Of a DNA stretch of 64,000 nucleotides, positions 61,771-64,000 are shown piece after piece. The notes below the pieces were generated by a model. The model saw only the letters and a list, made by a program, of their open reading frames with translations, was not told the origin of the DNA and did no database searches. The translations under genes were made by a program, and so were the position numbers. Numbering within the stretch: the first letter of the stretch is position 1; every line of letters begins with the position of its first letter. The DNA is from Candidatus Dormiibacterota bacterium (lineage in GTDB: Bacteria > Chloroflexota > Dormibacteria > Aeolococcales > Aeolococcaceae): assembly GCA_963709585.1 (NCBI GenBank), contig CAVPXI010000005.1, positions 64,001 to 128,000 on the forward strand, given 5' to 3'.

Positions 61771-63070
61771 CCTCAGGCCAGTGTATCGGGGGCTGCCGCC
61801 GGCCGGGCAGGCCCAGGCTGAGACCGCTGACCCGAGCCCTGAACGACGGCGTGACCACGACGGCCACCGTCGTCGCGCCGACCAGCAGCGCGCCGACGCC
61901 GACCGCGTTGAACAGCCCGACCGAGTGCGCCATCACGCCGTACGCGACCGTGCCGAGTGGTTGCAGTCCCGCGAAGATCGTTGCGTAGATGCCCAGCAGC
62001 CGGCCGCGCAGGGCGGGGTCGGTATCGGTCTGCAGCAGGGTCGTCATCGACGTGCTCACCGCCACGAACGCGAAGCTGATCCCGACCAGAGCCGGCAGCG
62101 TGAAGCCGAGCAGCGCGCTGTGGGCGACCACGAACAGGCTCGCGGCGTACACCACCCCACCGACGAGCATGAGCTGGAGGCGCCCCGCCCCGCGTCCCAT
62201 CGAGGCGATCGCCAGCCCACCGACGAGACCACCAATTCCTCCCACGCTGTACATGATCCCCAGCGCCTCCGGACCGACGTGCAGCTGCGTTCTCGCCAGA
62301 ACCGGCAGGAACGGCATGTAGGACACGCCGAAGAACGCGAGCACGGACGCGACGATAACAACCCCACGGATGAGCGGATCGGCGACGGCAATCCGTAGGC
62401 CGGCGACGAGCTCGCCCCAGGCGGTCACGCCTGCCTGTCTCGGCAGCGGGGCGACGTCCGGGATCACCATCACCAGCACGACGATCGGTGCCAGATAGGC
62501 GACCGCGAGGAATCCGAAGCAGACGGCCGGACCCGCGAGCCCGATCAGGAGCCCCGCCACGGACGGTCCGACGATCCGGGTCGCGCTCATCGCCGCGGCG
62601 CCGAGGGCGACCGCGTTGACAACCAGGTGGCGTTCGACCAGGTCGGCGACCAGCGCCTGGCGCGTCGGCAGGTCCGCGGCGTCGGTGGCGCCGAACACGA
62701 TCGCCACCACGATGATTGCAGCGAAGCTCGCGTGATGGGTTGCCACCAGAATCGCGAGCGACCCGGCGCTCAGGCCGAGCAGCGATTGCGTGACCAGCAG
62801 GATCCGCCGCCGCGGCAGCCGGTCGGCGAGAACGCCCCCCGCCAGCGAGAGGATCACCGATGGGATGCCGTCCGCGGCGGCCACCGCGGCCACGGCGGTG
62901 GTGCTGCCGGTCTGCTGGTAGACGAGATAGCCGAGAGCGACGATCTGCATCCACGTCCCGAGCAGGGTCGGCCACTGCGCCGCCCAGTACCAGCGGAACG
63001 GCCGGACCCGCAGCGCCGGAGGAGGCCAGCGGCGTTCCGGGGTCGCGACCGGCTCAGGCGTCGGCGTCAC
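61448..63070 (-). CDS. MFS transporter (C-terminal end uncertain)
   Basis: GVLADRLPRRRIL, DLPTRQAL, LRGRLLG, about 12 TM. The last ~110 codons overlap prsA. Confidence 0.85.
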   Translation of the reverse strand: MTPTPEPVATPERRWPPPALRVRPFRWYWAAQWPTLLGTWMQIVALGYLVYQQTGSTTAVAAVAAADGIPSVILSLAGGVLADRLPRRRILLVTQSLLGLSAGSLAILVATHHASFAAIIVVAIVFGATDAADLPTRQALVADLVERHLVVNAVALGAAAMSATRIVGPSVAGLLIGLAGPAVCFGFLAVAYLAPIVVLVMVIPDVAPLPRQAGVTAWGELVAGLRIAVADPLIRGVVIVASVLAFFGVSYMPFLPVLARTQLHVGPEALGIMYSVGGIGGLVGGLAIASMGRGAGRLQLMLVGGVVYAASLFVVAHSALLGFTLPALVGISFAFVAVSTSMTTLLQTDTDPALRGRLLGIYATIFAGLQPLGTVAYGVMAHSVGLFNAVGVGALLVGATTVAVVVTPSFRARVSGLSLGLPGRRQPPIHWPEDGASTGRGGDRSSVRSDHHGVRLEHTGTGRAVAGDRAGRLGCDHPRGVQCSLPERVHQYQTGRWRLLGWRRGHPGAGRGPAQPDHRHGDSRGGNPARAGGDPEGGCG

Positions 63071-63843
63071 CCCTCCAACGATAGGTGCACGCTCGTCGAC
63101 GTCCGCCGGAATCCCGCGTTTCGGTAGGCGCCGTCGGCGCCTTGGGCGGCCTCGAGGAAGACCGCCGTCAGACCGGCGTCGAGGCTCTGCCGCGAGAGCG
63201 CCGCCACCATCGCCGCGGCAAGCCCGCGGCGTCGATGCGACGGCGCCACCACGACGCCGACAACCTCGGTGGCCCCGCCCGCGGGCGCACCGGACTGGGC
63301 CGCTCCGACCAGCCGCCGCGTCTCGGCGTCGCGGGCGATCAGGGCGCGCCCGCCACGGCTCAGCGAGCCGAGCAGCCGAGCGACGGTGCGGTCATCGGCC
63401 GGCTCCGGGTCGTCGAAGATCTCGTGTTGCAAGCGGGCCATCTCGAGCAGCATTCCGTCGTCGGACGGCGTGTCGATGACGATGCCGTCCGGCGCGCGCG
63501 TTTCGCGGAGCGTCCTCGTCGTGCAGGTCATCAGCGGAAGGCGTGCCTCGAGCCTCCATCCGTGCGCCATCAGCCGCGATTCGAGCGCCGGTGCCACAGA
63601 TGGCAGAAACTCGACGCGCGGCATGCGCGCAGCCGTCCGAAAGGCCGTGACCAGTGCTGCCAGCTCCACGTCATCAGGATCGGCGCCGTCGTCGGGGATC
63701 GCGTAGTTCAGGAAACGCAGCGTGGTCGCGGCGGTGAGCAGGAGCGCGAACGGCCCGACGCGCGGAAGTTCGTGTGCCTTCCGCGACTCTCGGATGAACG
63801 CCATGATCGCGCGGTCGGCCTCGACATCGACGCCGGCGTCCAC
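63067..63843 (-). CDS. GNAT-family acetyltransferase
   Basis: VVVAPSHRRRGLA and AYRNAGF. Confidence 0.85.
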   Translation of the reverse strand: MDAGVDVEADRAIMAFIRESRKAHELPRVGPFALLLTAATTLRFLNYAIPDDGADPDDVELAALVTAFRTAARMPRVEFLPSVAPALESRLMAHGWRLEARLPLMTCTTRTLRETRAPDGIVIDTPSDDGMLLEMARLQHEIFDDPEPADDRTVARLLGSLSRGGRALIARDAETRRLVGAAQSGAPAGGATEVVGVVVAPSHRRRGLAAAMVAALSRQSLDAGLTAVFLEAAQGADGAYRNAGFRRTSTSVHLSLEG

Positions 63844-63852
63844 GTCCGCAGT

Positions 63853-64000
63853 TCAGGCGGCGGCGACAGCGGCGCTCTCGGCGCGCGGCAGTGGCTGATC
63901 GTCGAGGAATGCCGCGATCAGCACCCGCTGGCGGCGCGAGAGCTCCGGGCTCCACGCGTGGCCCGCCCGCCGGATGACGTCGAAGGACACGTCGGGCGCA
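63853..64000 (-). CDS. C-terminal fragment, probably an alpha/beta hydrolase
   Basis: Manual translation ...PDVSFDVIRRAGHAWSPE...IAAFLD...* resembles the catalytic-His region. Confidence 0.5.
   Translation of the reverse strand, partial: APDVSFDVIRRAGHAWSPELSRRQRVLIAAFLDDQPLPRAESAAVAAA

Overview
GC-rich bacterial chromosome segment with no transposase, integrase or CRISPR array. Gene content suggests a soil actinobacterium or Chloroflexota/Dormibacterota-like organism; this is inference only. 1-24.4 kb is a trace-gas and metal-cofactor island. It holds a copper module (CopC/CopD, a secreted protein with His at mature position 1, a His-rich membrane leader ending in RRPPP, and a divergent SCO), a TOBE regulator with modABC, a form I Mo-Cu CO dehydrogenase (coxMSL, AYRCSFR) with coxD/E/G, two XdhC/CoxF paralogues (one YHS-fused) and mocA, and a Moco set (moeA, moaA, moaD-E fusion, moaC, moaB/mog, fdhD, mobA). 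The rest is housekeeping: Flp pilin, CBS-fused citrate synthase, PLP decarboxylase, HemK-like methyltransferase, MocR/EamA pair, kynA-kynU, ligC, tRNA-Arg(ACG), a pentose-phosphate operon with glgP, a degenerate Ser/Thr kinase, cbs-metB, a DEAD helicase, aceE, thpR, a PrsA-like lipoprotein, an MFS transporter and a GNAT. Two main observations: (1) a candidate copper-responsive ribosome-stalling leader and a Cu/Mo supply line linked to CODH; (2) nine of ten +1 frameshifts and five Ser-to-Leu/Phe changes fall on the last C of GASTC, probably long-read errors that expose a cytosine-methylation motif. All calls are motif-based by eye; no searches were run.
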